Assembly: GCA_010093815.1 (NCBI GenBank)
Contig: ML996565.1
DNA length: 64,000 bases
Reading direction: 5' to 3' (one strand)
Source of the DNA: Pseudovirgaria hyperparasitica
Lineage: Eukaryota
In this document: positions 23,814-36,645 of the stretch, one piece after another
Numbering within the stretch: position 1 is the stretch's first letter
How the letters are laid out: each line of letters opens with the position of its first letter
Made by a program: the position numbers and the translations under genes
The notes under the pieces: generated by a model
Databases searched by the model: none
What the model saw: only the letters and a program-made list of their open reading frames with translations
What the model was told of the DNA's origin: nothing

Positions 23814-25318
23814 ACTTGACCTTTCATGGGTCCGACCAGCAATACACAAAGAAAGAATTGGGAGTGACCAGGCCAAGTAGGCTAAGGCAGAGTATAAACG
23901 TTGGATGATCTCTGATAAGTAGAGCGAGATTCACTAATGGACAATGGTGGGAAAATTCTGGTAGAGCAGGGCAGTTGACCAATCCGCGAGCAGCTTGTGA
24001 GAGGGAAAGTATGATGGATAGTGGACATTGTCAGACTTGTACAGATGGTACTGAGAGAAGGTGTGGAGTAACAGGGCGATTCAACACAGCAAAAAAGGAA
24101 TAGCTGACTTGATGAGAGCTGAAGTGCGAGACTCAATTGGTCAACTGTCTGACGTGGCATGCCAGCTTCTGCAGGCCTCCCTTGGCAAGAGCCCTCTATG
24201 TCAGCATACAATGCCTCGTTATAAACCCTTTCCGACTGAGTTCATGAACAGGGTGATGATGCTTGTGGCTCGAAGCTCAATAGATACACCATGAAGACCG
24301 TTTTAGAGAGCATCGGAAGACTTCTGAAACTGCGCGTGACGATGAAACGAGCATTACAGGCAGGGCCCACGCAATGTCATGAGATACTGTATGGATCGTG
24401 ATTCCGCAGTGCATTCAGCAATTTGACGTCACCTTCTGCCTTGTTTCCTGAAGTCATAGGTCGACGCTTTATGGGTGGCGAGATGATGAAACAATAGCTG
24501 TAGGGTGAGAAGGGTGTCATGGATTTAGGCAGCAGCATTCTTTGGAAGAAGGCTGTGCGGGTGTGTTTAGCATTGTGGCCTGAGGCATCATCACGCATCC
24601 ACAACGCACGTCAGACGGAATTGTACCACGGTAAAACAGCAGAATGGGATTGTTAGCACAAAGGTACGATTGAGCAGGAGATTCCACCTCGAATCTCTTC
24701 CTCTACTACCCAAAGGTTCAGCCCTATATTGTGTATGTCATTACACTAGCTTGTCAAGGTTTGACAGACGAAAGTGCGACGTGGAAATAGAACATGAGAC
24801 TAAGCGTAATACGGAACTAGAGGTTCCTCAGCCTCGTGCATCTATGTATGCCCAGTAGGGAAGACGGGGTGCAGGGTCTAATACCACTTGGAAGGGTATC
24901 CATGGCTTTGAGATTGTGTTTCGTCGGCATGTGTGACTATATTACCAGTCGAAATGGGCATCCGGATGGATCTCAGGTTCTTACATGGTGATAGATTGGA
25001 TGAGCATATTTGAAGCAAAGGAAGACATCTCTTGAGATGAAGGTAACAATGACAATTCGAAGAGACGAGACAAGTCGCCATAGGAAGCGCTGGTTCATCA
25101 TCCATGAACGAACCATGGAGCACAAGCCAAGATCAACCGAAAAGGGCCGAAGCGTCTCAGAGGTGGTGTATCTGGGCTTCTGATTGCATGATTTAGCAGT
25201 GGATCATATGCAGGACCACTTAATTGCCTGTTGGACAAGCTACAAATAACTCAACCGTCATCATGCTGCTCCAGTTCGATGGAACTTCTACACGAAGGTC
25301 TTTTGCTACCGTGGTCAG

Positions 25319-26276
25319 ATGGCGGACCTCGATCCCAACGTGTGGTACCATCTCACGGAACGGCGCGTGAACTTCAATTCGTCCTTGCAAGCCGTCAATG
25401 CGCATCCTGTCAAAGTGTGGCCGTATCACAAGGATAGACACGAACATTGGCAATTCCTCCGCCTTGACGATGGGAAATTTCAGATTCGGTACCGCGCGAC
25501 GACGTTAAATAAACAGCTTAGCACATGCTGGTTTCCCAGAGACAAGCAGAATCTTCCGTCGCAGCCGTGCTTGAGCGAAGCAAATGGAAGCGATGAACAG
25601 AAATGGATGATCGAGAAATGGGATGGTGGGAATGACTATAAAATCCAGAATGTGTTGAATGGATCGAGGTTCAATGTGGATGTGCATGTTGGCAATCCGG
25701 TTTATTTTGAGGAAGCTGCCACTGGACAGGGAACGGATCGGCCTGGACAGCATTGGCAGTTCAAGTCGGTCGCGAATATTGATGATAGAGTTTATCAAAC
25801 CCCAATCACGAATGTACGTCGTTGAGATTGAACATGCTATGCAAATCTGACTTGCGTAGATGCCAGTGGCGACAGGACACACGACATCTTTTCCAGCGTC
25901 TGCAACAGACAGTATTGCGCAACCTGGACCTGAGTCATCCCTTGATCTATCACAACATAGTGGCTTGTCTACAGGAAAAATTATTGGAATTGCTGCAGGG
26001 TGCGTTGCTGCTGTGGTGTTAGCAGGGCTCGCCGTCTTATATGCGCGAAGACGCGTCAAGCTGGCTAAGGCGCAAGTCAGAAGTGACAGCCTTGGGAGAC
26101 CCTCGAACTCACGAGTCGTTGAGCTAGGAGACTATGAAAGACATGAGCTGGGGAATTGCAGTCTTGTCGAGACTGAAGGCAGACATCCTCGGTATCAAGG
26201 TCACCACAGCGCACAACAGGAGCCTGTAGAGATTGACAGCAAAATAGACAGGAGACGAAACGGCCTGAGCATCTGA
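25319..26276 (+). CDS. Ricin-B/beta-trefoil lectin-like domain protein with one transmembrane helix (exons 25319-25813, 25860-26276)
   Basis: QxW-type repeats (EHWQF, EQKWMI, GQHWQF). Phase-0 intron 25814-25859 (GTACGT..TCTGAC..TAG). Ser/Thr linker, then GLSTGKIIGIAAGCVAAVVLAGLAVLY-ARRR and a cytoplasmic tail with VEL/HEL/VEID repeats. Confidence 0.75.
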
Positions 26277-26963
26277 CTACAGTGAAGGCAAATCGTAGGC
26301 ATCGATATTAGTACGGCTGGACAAGCTCCCGAGACGCTAAGACATCGTTCGCTTATGGTATACTTGGTGGAAATGGTAATTATGGTATACTACGATGATG
26401 AAGCCCTCGAGAAGCGGTTGAAGAACACAAATAGGTAAATCTATCAAGAGGTTATAAACGTGCTACTGAGTAGTATGTACGTAGACATGAAGACAATGAA
26501 CCAGCAAGAACAGCCCGAATTCGTAGCGGAAACATCGGACGGCCGGGGCCAGTGCAAGCGAACCGGAGGCGGAGTTTAGGGATAACCGAAGGGATCTAAA
26601 CAATTCATGCCTGAGGTGAACTCTAAAGTCTATGACGGGACCTTCCCCTCCCCCAAGACACTCCAAGACGCGTTTTTCTAGGCCAGTTCTGCTATTCTCC
26701 ATCCAAATCCCATCTCTCTCTCGCTCTTGTGGCAAAGCCAAGTGAGCCCTACCTGCGCTATCTCTGCTGCGCTTTTGCCATTCGTCGTGACGTGAGCCGC
26801 GCGTTATGTCTTGTATATATTTCTTTCATAGCCATATCTTGTATAACTTTTGCCTCATGCTTTGTCGTCGTCCCGTTTGACGTCTTGCCGCGCTCTCGGA
26901 CCTGATATTATCCTCCCTGGTACAGATGTAGACAGGTGTCACCGAAATCCGTTGTATTCCATC

Positions 26964-29900
26964 ATGGCTGGTTTCTTCAGTCAAGTATGGACCTTGACGG
27001 TCAAGAACTTGTTAATTGTACTGGTGCGCGCATGGCTAACTACGCCCATTCGCGCATTCATAGCTCCTATCATTTTTGTAAGTTGTGTTATAGACGACTC
27101 AGTATTATGGCTCATAAATCATAGATGTTCTTCGTTAGTTACTCAAAGAACTTTTTCATACCCCCAGCAGAGTTTGGAGTCGGCTCGCCGTCACCTCTTC
27201 GGTCATTGCCGGACGCCTTCGCCGCTGCTGGCGACAGTAGGACCACTGTCGCATTTGTCAATAATGGCTTCACGGGAGGTCAAATAGAAGGAGTTATCAA
27301 TGATGTGGCAAATCAAGTGCGAATGAATGGCAAAGAAGCTACCGTCGTGGGAGCAAACTCGGACCTCCTAGAGGTCTGCCGCAGCTCACTACGTGGAGCT
27401 TCGATCTGCTATGGTGCTGTCGTCTTCCATGGGTCTCCAAGCGAGGGTACAGGATTCTGGAACTATACAGTTCGGGCCGATGGCGCTTTTGGTGCATCTA
27501 TATTCGTCGACCAGAGCGACAATGAGGCGCAGCTGTATCTCCTCCCACTCCAGCATGCCATCGATTCCTCAATTATCGGTACCAATGGCACGACATTCCC
27601 GGCTAACATTGACCAATATGTTTTCACTTCGCGGACCGATGAGCAGAGAGCACGCTCTATACAGAACTTATTTATGAATAGTCTCATAACAATCTTTGGT
27701 CTGGCCTTCTACGTGGGAGTATGTGGCGTCACTTATCAATTGACGGGACATATGGCTTCTGAACGAGAACTAGGCATATCTCAGCTGATTGAAGCAATGG
27801 TTCCAAACACGAAGACCTGGCATACCCAATGGGCACGACTGTTATCGCTCCACCTCGCTTTTGACATCATTTACTTACCAGGCTGGATTATTATGGGCAT
27901 AATTCTTGCTGTACTGGTCTTTCCCGAGAGCAGTGTCGCCATATCACTTCTATTTCATATCCTCACCGGGCTTGCTCTTACGAGCTTCTCCATCTTTGGT
28001 GGTTCCCTTTTTCGCAAGGCCCAATTATCTGGCATCACGGTCACTCTCTTTACAGTCGTGCTCGCAATCGTTGCTCAAGTCGCTCGGATCGAGTCTTATG
28101 GAGCAGTCTTGGTGTTGAGCCTGATCTTCCCTCCGATGAACTATGTCTTTTTCATCATCTACCAAGCCCGATTTGAAGGTGATGCTCGGCCCACAAAGTT
28201 AGACGAATTTGCGCCTGCACATGGCAGATCCACTTTCGAAGTCCATGGGTACACCTTCTTCATTTTCATGGGAGCCCAATTTGTCATATATCCTGTCCTA
28301 GCTGCTTTCACTGAAAGATGGCTTTATGGGACCGCGGACAAGCGAAGGTCACTGCACATGGACGAAGACTCACCTCATGCTGTAGAGCTGTCGAATTTCT
28401 CCAAGCACTATGTGCCGAGCAATTGGCGCCAATGGACAGCAAACATATTCCGGACTCAACCTCCTGAGACAGTGATTGCTGTCAACAATCTCACTATTTC
28501 GGCCCGCACCGGAAACATCCTTGCGTTGCTGGGCGCTAACGGTAGTGGCAAATCGACGACCCTGAATGCCGTCACTGGATTGAGTAATTTCAATGGCGGA
28601 TCAATCAAAGTTGATGGTACCGGGGGTCTTGGGTACTGTCCGCAAAAGAACGTAATGTGGGACGACTTGACAGTTGAAGAACACATCCGCATTTTCAATC
28701 GCCTCAAGAGTAGCACCGGGTTTGATACAAAGCAGCAGAATAATGACTTGGCTTCTTCAGTCGACCTTGGTCACAAATTCAAGGCCCGGTCTAAGACTCT
28801 TTCTGGTGGTCAAAAGAGGAAACTTCAGCTCGCAATGATGTTTACTGGTGGCAGCAAAGTATGTGCCATTGACGAAATCAGCTCTGGCCTAGACCCCGTT
28901 TCACGACGGAAGATCTGGGATATATTGATGGCTGAACGTGGTATCAGAACTATGATCTTGACCACTCACTTCTTGGACGAAGCAGATGTTTTGGCTGACC
29001 GTATAGCTATTCTTTCCAAGGGTAACTTGAAAGCTGAAGGCTCCGCTGCTGAACTTAAACATCATCTCGGTGGAGGTTACCGAATCTATCTTGACCACAG
29101 CTTCAATGTCAGCACTGGTGACATGGCAATATCTGGCTTGCGAAGCCGAGTCCTTGGCGAGAAGACTGTTTATCAAATGCCAACATCTGCAGATGCAGCT
29201 GCATTCGTTGCACATATTGAGACACAAGGGTTTACAGATTATCAGGTGACCGGACCTTCGATTGAAGATGTCTTCCTAAAGCTCGCCGAGGAAGTTAAGG
29301 AGAGTTTTGGCGATCAGAACGCTACTCAAGTCAACGAAGACGCTGGTGACTTGGACATGCCCAAATCCGCAGATGACCCAACGCTCTCCTCTTCTGAGGC
29401 GTCCACAAAGCATGAGGAGCATAATGCTTTGGATATAACCTCCGGCTCAGGCCTCAGTATGTTTGCTCAAGGCAAGGTCCTGTTCCGGAAGCGGTTCATC
29501 ATCCTCCAACGCAATTTCTTTCCGTATGTCGTCGTTCTTCTTCTGCCGATCATTGCCGCCGGTCTTGTTACTTTGTTTCTCCAGGGTTTCAACGGACTTA
29601 GCTGTGATCCTGGAGCAGCATCAAGTAACCCGCCGGTCACAGGTTTTCCCTTTGCAGTCCTCACTGGGCGACTCAACGAGACTACTGTGATGCCAATAGG
29701 ACCTCCAGATAGGGTGACTTCTCTTCTTTCTAACCTAACAGCGATTACTGGACTGAATGAATCGAACTTTGCCATTGTCAACACGTTACAGGAGTTCCAG
29801 GATTACATTGCTACCAACTTCTCCCACGTCAAGCCTGGTGGATTCTTCCTCGGAGACACGCCGACTTTCGCTTTCGAAGGCGATGAAGAGATTTACTTCA

Positions 29901-31738
29901 CAACGATCACGCTGAATGTACTAGACAACGTCCTAGCTGGTAGCCAAATCTGGACCGATTATCAGACGCTAGCCGTGCCGTTTGCGCCAACAGCGGGTGA
30001 CACTTTACAATTGATTCTGTATTTTGGCTTGGCTATGTGCGCTTTCCCCGGCTTCCTCGCGCTCTACCCAGCAGCGGAGAGGATACGCAAAGTTCGTGCA
30101 TTGCACTACAGCAATGGTATACGTGCTGCACCCCTTTGGCTTGCATACCTGCTCTTTGACACGCTCTTTGTCACAGTCGTCGCTGCCATCACAGTCGGCA
30201 TCTTTGTCGGCGCCAGCAGTGTCTGGTATGGTCCCGGCTACATGTTCGTCGGGTTCTGGCTATATGGTATCGCATCGGCACTGATTGCATATATCGTATC
30301 CCTGTTCGCGACATCTCAGTTGGCTGCTTTCGCTGTCACAGTTGGTTTGCAATGCAGCATGTTCTTATTGTACTTTGTCATCGTCCTTTGTATTACCGTC
30401 TTTACAGATGCGATTGATATTCCGACAAACCTCACTATTGGCAACTTTGCTTGGAACATCATCACCCCCGCAGGCACGCTGCTGCAAATCTTACTCCTGA
30501 GCTTGAACCAGTTCCAACTGCTCTGTACGTCGGATAATACCACAGAATCATACCCAGGCACCATCACAATCTACGGCGGGCCCATTCTGTACCTAATAAT
30601 CCAAATCGCTGTGCTCCTCGGCTTTCTCATCTGGTGGGACAGCGGCTCATCCTTCGGTCTCAACTGGCTGAAGAAGAAAGCTCCAGCTACAGCTGACTCT
30701 GAATCCGACTCAGCTCTCGACACCAAAGATCCCTCTGTAGCTACCGAAGCTTCACGCCTCGAAACAATCGACCTCCCTCTGAAAGTCAACCACGTCTCCA
30801 AACATTTCGGCCGTAACTTGCTCGCCGTTGACGACGTAACTTTCGGCATCGCACACTCTGAAGTCTTCGCGCTTCTTGGCCCTAACGGTGCCGGTAAATC
30901 TACCACCATCTCCCTGATCCGCGGCGACATCACTCCCTCCTACCGCAACGGTGATATCCTGGTCGAGAACACCTCCATCTCGAAACACAGAGCCAAGGCG
31001 CGCCTCCATCTAGGCGTGTGTCCACAATTCGACGCCATGGACACCATGACCGTCACGGAACACCTCGCCTTCTACGCGCGCGTGCGTGGCGTACCCAAAG
31101 CGGACGTCCAGCGCAACGTCGACACAATTGTGCGCGCCGTCGGACTAATGCCATATACCCAACGTATGGCCGCCAAGCTCTCGGGCGGGAACCAGCGCAA
31201 GCTCTCCCTCGCGATCGCCATGATGGGCAATCCGAGCGTGTTGCTGCTTGATGAGCCGAGCAGCGGCATGGATGCGGCGGCGAAGCGGGTGATGTGGCGC
31301 ACGCTGAGCGCTGTCAGTAAGGGGCGTGCGCTGCTGATTACGACGCATAGTATGGAGGAGGCAGATGCGCTTGCGACACGGGCGGGCATTATGGCGGGGC
31401 GCATGCTTGCCGTGGGTACGACAGACGAGCTAAGGCATCGATATGGTGGTGGCTGGTATGTTCACCTTGTATTGTACAATGCAAGCACGGTGAGTAAGAA
31501 GGAAATGGAGAATGTGGCGAGGTGGGTTGCGGCGAAGATCCCGGGTGCGAGGGTACAGGGCCAGATGATGCATGGACAGATCAGGCTGAGGGTCGAGAAC
31601 GAGAAAGCTGGTGCGGGGAGTCTGTTTGAGGTGTTAGAGCGAGAGGGGAGAGATGTTGGAATTGAGTATTATAGCGTCGGGAGGGCGACACTGGATCAGG
31701 TGTTTTTGGAGATCATTGGGCCACGGGAGGATGAATAG
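26964..31738 (+). CDS. Full-length ABCA-subfamily transporter (exons 26964-27077, 27125-31738)
   Basis: TMD-NBD-TMD-NBD layout. Walker A GANGSGKST and GPNGAGKST, signatures LSGGQKRKL and LSGGNQRKL, Walker B AIDE and LLDEPS, TTHFLDEAD/TTHSMEEAD. ABCA-type N-terminus QVWTLTVKNLLI. Intron 27078-27124. Confidence 0.95.
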
Positions 31739-32058
31739 GGGTAATGGATGATTTCCTTGTGCATAGCATTGGACACTCTCAGATAGACGAGAATAATAGA
31801 TTTTTATTTAATGTATAGTGTTCTTTTGTCTACTTGTATCAAGCCATTCCTGTTTAGAAAAAGATTCACTGTAGCAATCGTCGGAGGACATCAAACATCT
31901 CGGCTAATGATAAGATCTCATTTGATATTTGATCATGAATATAGTATGGGGTATATGCCACCGTATACCTACCTCCCAAGGTCTCGATAGGAGCCATCCA
32001 TAATTTCTCACAAGCGACCTTTGGACGCCGCATACATAAACGTGCACGTGAATTCGCC

Positions 32059-33081
32059 CTATACCGACATTGTCATTTTTATCGTCTTGTGCGGATTATA
32101 GTCCTTGACTTCAAAATCCTCTGCCTCCCAGCCATCAATACTTCCTCCTGCGTCTCGTCGAATGTGCAGCGTCGGGAAGTCGCGAGGTTCCCGTTCCAGC
32201 TGGACTTTCAATGCGTCTACATGATCGAGATAGATATGCGAGTCGCCCATAGTGTGCGTAAAAATCCCTGGCGTCAGATCGCATACGTGAGCAATCATGT
32301 GCGTGAGGAGTGCATACGACGCAATGTTAAACGGCACGCCAAGCCCCATATCGCAGGACCGTTGGTAGAGGAGACAGTGAAGATGTCCTCTTGGCTTGTC
32401 TGAAGTCGCTGTGGTGGTCCCAGGGTAGGAAACGTAGAATTGAGCGAACATATGACAGGGCGGTAAAGCCATTTTCTTCAAATCGGCGGGGTTCCAGGCG
32501 GTGAGAATGATCCTCCTGTCGTACGGCTTGTTTTTAATCTTGTCAATGACGTCGGCAAGCTGGTCCACGCCTTGCCCAGCATAATCAGCGTGAGCATCTG
32601 TGTAATCAGCGCCAAAATGTCGCCATTGAAAGCCGTATACGGGTCCGAGATCTCCTTCTTCTCTGTGGCCGAGCCCGACCGAGTCCAAGTATGCCCGACT
32701 TCCATTGCCATCCCAGATCTTTATGCCTTTTTCAGCTAACGTTTTTGAGTGTGTTGATCCCGCAACGAACCATAGCAGCTCTTCTACAACAGCCTTGAGG
32801 AAGACACGCTTGGTGGTCAGGAGCGGGAGGATCAGCGTAGGGTTTGAAGGGTCGGATGATGGCTTTGAAAGAGAGAACTTCAATTGTGGAGGGGCAAATA
32901 TTGACCGTGTGCCAGTGCCTGTTCGGTCAGGTCGATGTTCGCCCGTATCTAAGATATCGCGGATGAGGTCGAGGTATTGGTGTTCTTCATGCTTTAATTG
33001 GTTTATATTACTCCTCTCAGGCGCCGCGATATTGACTGTATCCATGGGAGATTCAGACTCGACAATTGTTGCTGGTGCCAT
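32059..33081 (-). CDS. CDC21: Thymidylate synthase
   Basis: [43 protein letters not shown], catalytic [24 protein letters not shown]. Start taken at ATG 33081. Confidence 0.98.
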   Translation of the reverse strand: MAPATIVESESPMDTVNIAAPERSNINQLKHEEHQYLDLIRDILDTGEHRPDRTGTGTRSIFAPPQLKFSLSKPSSDPSNPTLILPLLTTKRVFLKAVVEELLWFVAGSTHSKTLAEKGIKIWDGNGSRAYLDSVGLGHREEGDLGPVYGFQWRHFGADYTDAHADYAGQGVDQLADVIDKIKNKPYDRRIILTAWNPADLKKMALPPCHMFAQFYVSYPGTTTATSDKPRGHLHCLLYQRSCDMGLGVPFNIASYALLTHMIAHVCDLTPGIFTHTMGDSHIYLDHVDALKVQLEREPRDFPTLHIRRDAGGSIDGWEAEDFEVKDYNPHKTIKMTMSV

Positions 33082-33175
33082 TGTAAAGTAAGATATGCGT
33101 GGGAACATAAGAAAGTGCACTGGCAGTAAGGTTATAACGGGCTATGCTTAGGTCATTAAGTGATATGGATGGGAA

Positions 33176-33210
33176 GACGCGACTAGACGCGACGGGACGC
33201 GCCCGCGCCA
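33176..33210. promoter_or_regulatory. MCB-like (GACGCG) cell-cycle boxes in a bidirectional promoter
   Basis: GACGCG at 33176, 33186 and 33196, plus CGCG at 33204, between divergent ATGs at 33081 and 33292. Confidence 0.65.
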
Positions 33211-33291
33211 ACTCCCATTTAGGCTTCGGCGTTATCAAATAGGTAAGATCGATCTCCAATTCGTTCCACAACTTCAGCCCCTCATATCAGC

Positions 33292-35002
33292 ATGAAGTCA
33301 GATGCTGAGATTCATTTACTCAAAGTCTTGAAAGAGCGAGGTATACCGCTGATTGAAGATGATGTATCGTGGGCATTTGAATCCGCTCAAACGAGAGACA
33401 AAGTTATTGCATGGGTTGACGAATATCTCGACAGAAGCACCTTGTTGACAGCAGAAGAGCTCGATCTGTGAGTGTACCGCTGTAAAGGTGGGACATTAAT
33501 TGATTGTGTCAAGATTTCGTAAAATCCCCAAGAAGAGTGTCTCAATCAACAGCGCATCGCTTTCAAAGCTTCCAGCTCTCTCAGATGATGAAATTAGTGA
33601 AGCCTTGAAATCATTGCAGAGTTCCACTACCGCCATCGAAGAGCAATGCAGAGTTCTAGAGTCGCAGCGCGATGCGTTGAACTCTATCAGGGCTGAGTCA
33701 CGGGCAAGCGCGACGTCTGCACGATCTCGCGCGGATCGATCCCGACGTCGAGGTGATGAAAAATCACAGCTGAACATAGATGTGAGTTGCATCTCTTATG
33801 ATGCAAGTTGGAGCAATGAACATCGTTGATTGGAACTCCCAGGTCGAAGATCTTGTGTCTACAGCTAGCTCTCGGCTATCCACAGCTCAACGTGATGTTG
33901 AAAATGTTGTTCATCCCTTACTGAGCTCTGCCACAGAGCAGTTGAACTCCGACGATCGTACCATGGCTCGTCTATCCAAAGTCATACAGATCCTCGAAAC
34001 CAATTCAAATGAGAGGCAGGATTTGGCTCAGATAGATCGATGGTGCCAGTCACTAGCTAGACTTCGAGAGGCTGAAGTAAAAGCTCGTATTGATGTGACC
34101 TTCACTTCAAATGCTGCAAAGCCCAAGCGCACCGAGAGCCTCAACGTAAGCCAGGAAGAAGCTTTGTCTGAGCAAAGAGCTCTCCAAGATGAGCTAAAGA
34201 CTCTACGATCTGAGGTTGCCTCTGTTGCTGAAATGGTGGTCAACTATGAGATTCAGGAGCCCATTGTCAAACATAGCCAGAGCCTGGTAACCTCCAAAAT
34301 CGACACTCAACAGTCGTGGTTACAATATGTAAGTATTTCCTGTCACAAATCTTGGCTCTGTCCTGATGAAAGCAGATCTCGTCTTCTCTGGAGTTCATGT
34401 GCAACCGCCTGGAGCAAAGTAGTCTCCATATGAATCACCTCATGGCTTACAACAAGGCTGTCGCTCATTTTGAAAAGACGTTGGCACTAGAGAAACCAGT
34501 CCCAGAGCAACCCATCACCAAATCACATCGGCGGTCTTCGAGTTTCCCATTAACCCCCAATTTCCTACCCAAACAGGCGGCACAAGTACCAAATGCAATC
34601 GCAAGGATGCTTCAGAACCTCGACATCTCTCTCACTGTAGGACATGGAGTTGACGTAAGGACTGCAATGTCTCAAGCTACCAGTGAGCGACAGGATCGGT
34701 TGGAGGACTACCATGAATCAGTACAATCAAATCTCGCACAGATCATAGGTGAGACCATGGACTCTGCGAACGGGGAGATGACAAGGCTTTTAGCATCTGC
34801 ATACAGCAACAGTAGATACAAGACTGTTCACTTGGAGAATCCTGTCCAAAATGCTAGGCTACAGAAGCTTGAGCGAGGTATGGGTGAGATTGGACAGGAG
34901 ATGACTGGAGTCGAAACGATGTTATCTTCACTCGATGAAGACCATGCAGAACATCTGATCAGCTTGATCCATAAGCATCTTGGCCTGGACTCTGATCCAT
35001 AG
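33292..35002 (+). CDS. Coiled-coil protein, putative augmin/HAUS subunit 3 homolog (exons 33292-33467, 33514-33781, 33843-34328, 34376-35002)
   Basis: Three GT-AG introns join four frames cleanly. The N-terminus LKVLKERGIPLIEDDVSWAFES..VIAWVDEYLDRSTLLTAEELDLF resembles the HAUS3 N-terminal pattern (D.DW.FE..W......L...EL..F). The remainder is coiled-coil-like. Confidence 0.6.
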
Positions 35003-35276
35003 AGCACATTTTCCACGCAAGCTGTTCACAGCGTATAAAAAGGTGATAGAATTCTATAATCATAACGTATGTATCGGAGAACATTAAATCAATCCACTAG
35101 AAAAGCCGTTGTTCACGTTGAGACGCAGCGACAAGGTGTTAGAAATTGTTTGGTGAAGACTTGATAGGTGTGCGGAATGTTTCCGTTTACTAGTCTAAAC
35201 TTCAAACAATTGGTGGGCATTCCAATCATGGAATTTCTCAAGCTTCATGCAACGCGCACGTATTCCCACATAGAAA

Positions 35277-35902
35277 ATGCCGCCTCTCACTATACCAAAG
35301 CCAATCCATTTTGGGTCGTTCCTGGTGACTAACCAGGTACGTATACAAATCGACGCAATGGTCACTCCAAATGTTTCTAATAACCCCAGGTCTTCCACAT
35401 CACTCCTCTCTCATTCGCTCTTGTCAATCTGAAGCCTTTACTTCCAGGTCATGTGCTAGTATCCCCGATCCGCGTCGTCCCACGTTTCAACGATCTTCAA
35501 CCGGAAGAAGTTCACGACCTCTTTCAGACTGTCCAGCGCGTGTCGCGCATGATCGAGCGCGTCTTCCACGCAACGTCTCTCAATATCGCGATACAGGACG
35601 GTGCAGACGCTGGCCAGAGCGTGCCACACGTGCACGCACATATAATACCGAGATCCAGAGGGGATCTCGATGCGAAGGGAGGCAATGACGCCATCTACTC
35701 CATGATGGAGAGCGAGCATGGTGATTTGTCGTTGAGCTTGAAGGAAAGAGACGCCGGCGTGGTCACTGGGTCTACCCGGGAGAGAAGCAAATTCCCTGCG
35801 CCTGACTCAGACGAGAGTAGGAAGCCCCGGAGCACAGAGGAAATGAACAAGGAAGCCTCTTGGTTGGCAAGTGAGATGGCGTACGATATTGGACGCGACT
35901 GA
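35277..35902 (+). CDS. HNT2: Fhit-branch HIT hydrolase, bis(5'-adenosyl)-triphosphatase (exons 35277-35336, 35390-35902)
   Basis: IHFGSFLVTNQ|VFH..LSFALVNLKPLLPGHVLV, NIAIQDGADAGQSVPHVHAHIIPR (histidine triad), RKPRSTEEMNKEA. Confidence 0.93.
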
Positions 35903-36645
35903 GCCAAAAGATATGCGTGAGTGGGCTGCGTGACCTAACACCTAACTTATGGCCCCAGAACGGTGTGCAGCCCTACAAAAGGACGCATTATAATCCTCAG
36001 CTTCCTGAGTGCAGAACCAAACACAGAGGCGTACTAATCTATCTGTGAAACGAGTTCGACAACGTCGAGGATGAATCATCATTCGATATGCTTCGGCATT
36101 TAGCATTGTGTGTCCAGTCCGACCCCAGGTATCGCCACATCCTGACCATGTTATGCTATCTACATCTAATATCCAGCTTGTTTGATAGGAGACTACTAGA
36201 ATCAAGAGCTGATAGACGAAGAGATGTGCAAAGCATTAGGACGTGCGGCCATATCGTGAAAGGTACTTGTCGTCGGTGTTGTGGCGGTTCGATGCATTTC
36301 AGTAGAAGAATTCTTCTCTTATCAGCAACAGATATTTAAATCACAGTTATATGATACTGATATTGTCGTGAATTAAAAAAAATTATATCCATGATCCCAT
36401 AAGTAAAGTAGCCAGGTCCCTCAGTCTTATCGAGCGATAAGGATTCATCTGGTGGAGTGCGCGCTAGTAGTACCCAGTCGAAACCATAGCAACGAGAACG
36501 AGATCCGATCGCAAATTGGTCTCAGCGCAGAAAACACCAAAAGGTCGGACTCACTGCTTCAGAAGTCACTTTCCATATTCTGTCAACTCCATATACTCTT
36601 TCAAGTGGTGAAATACTGAGAAAGTCAGCTCTCACATAATAGACC

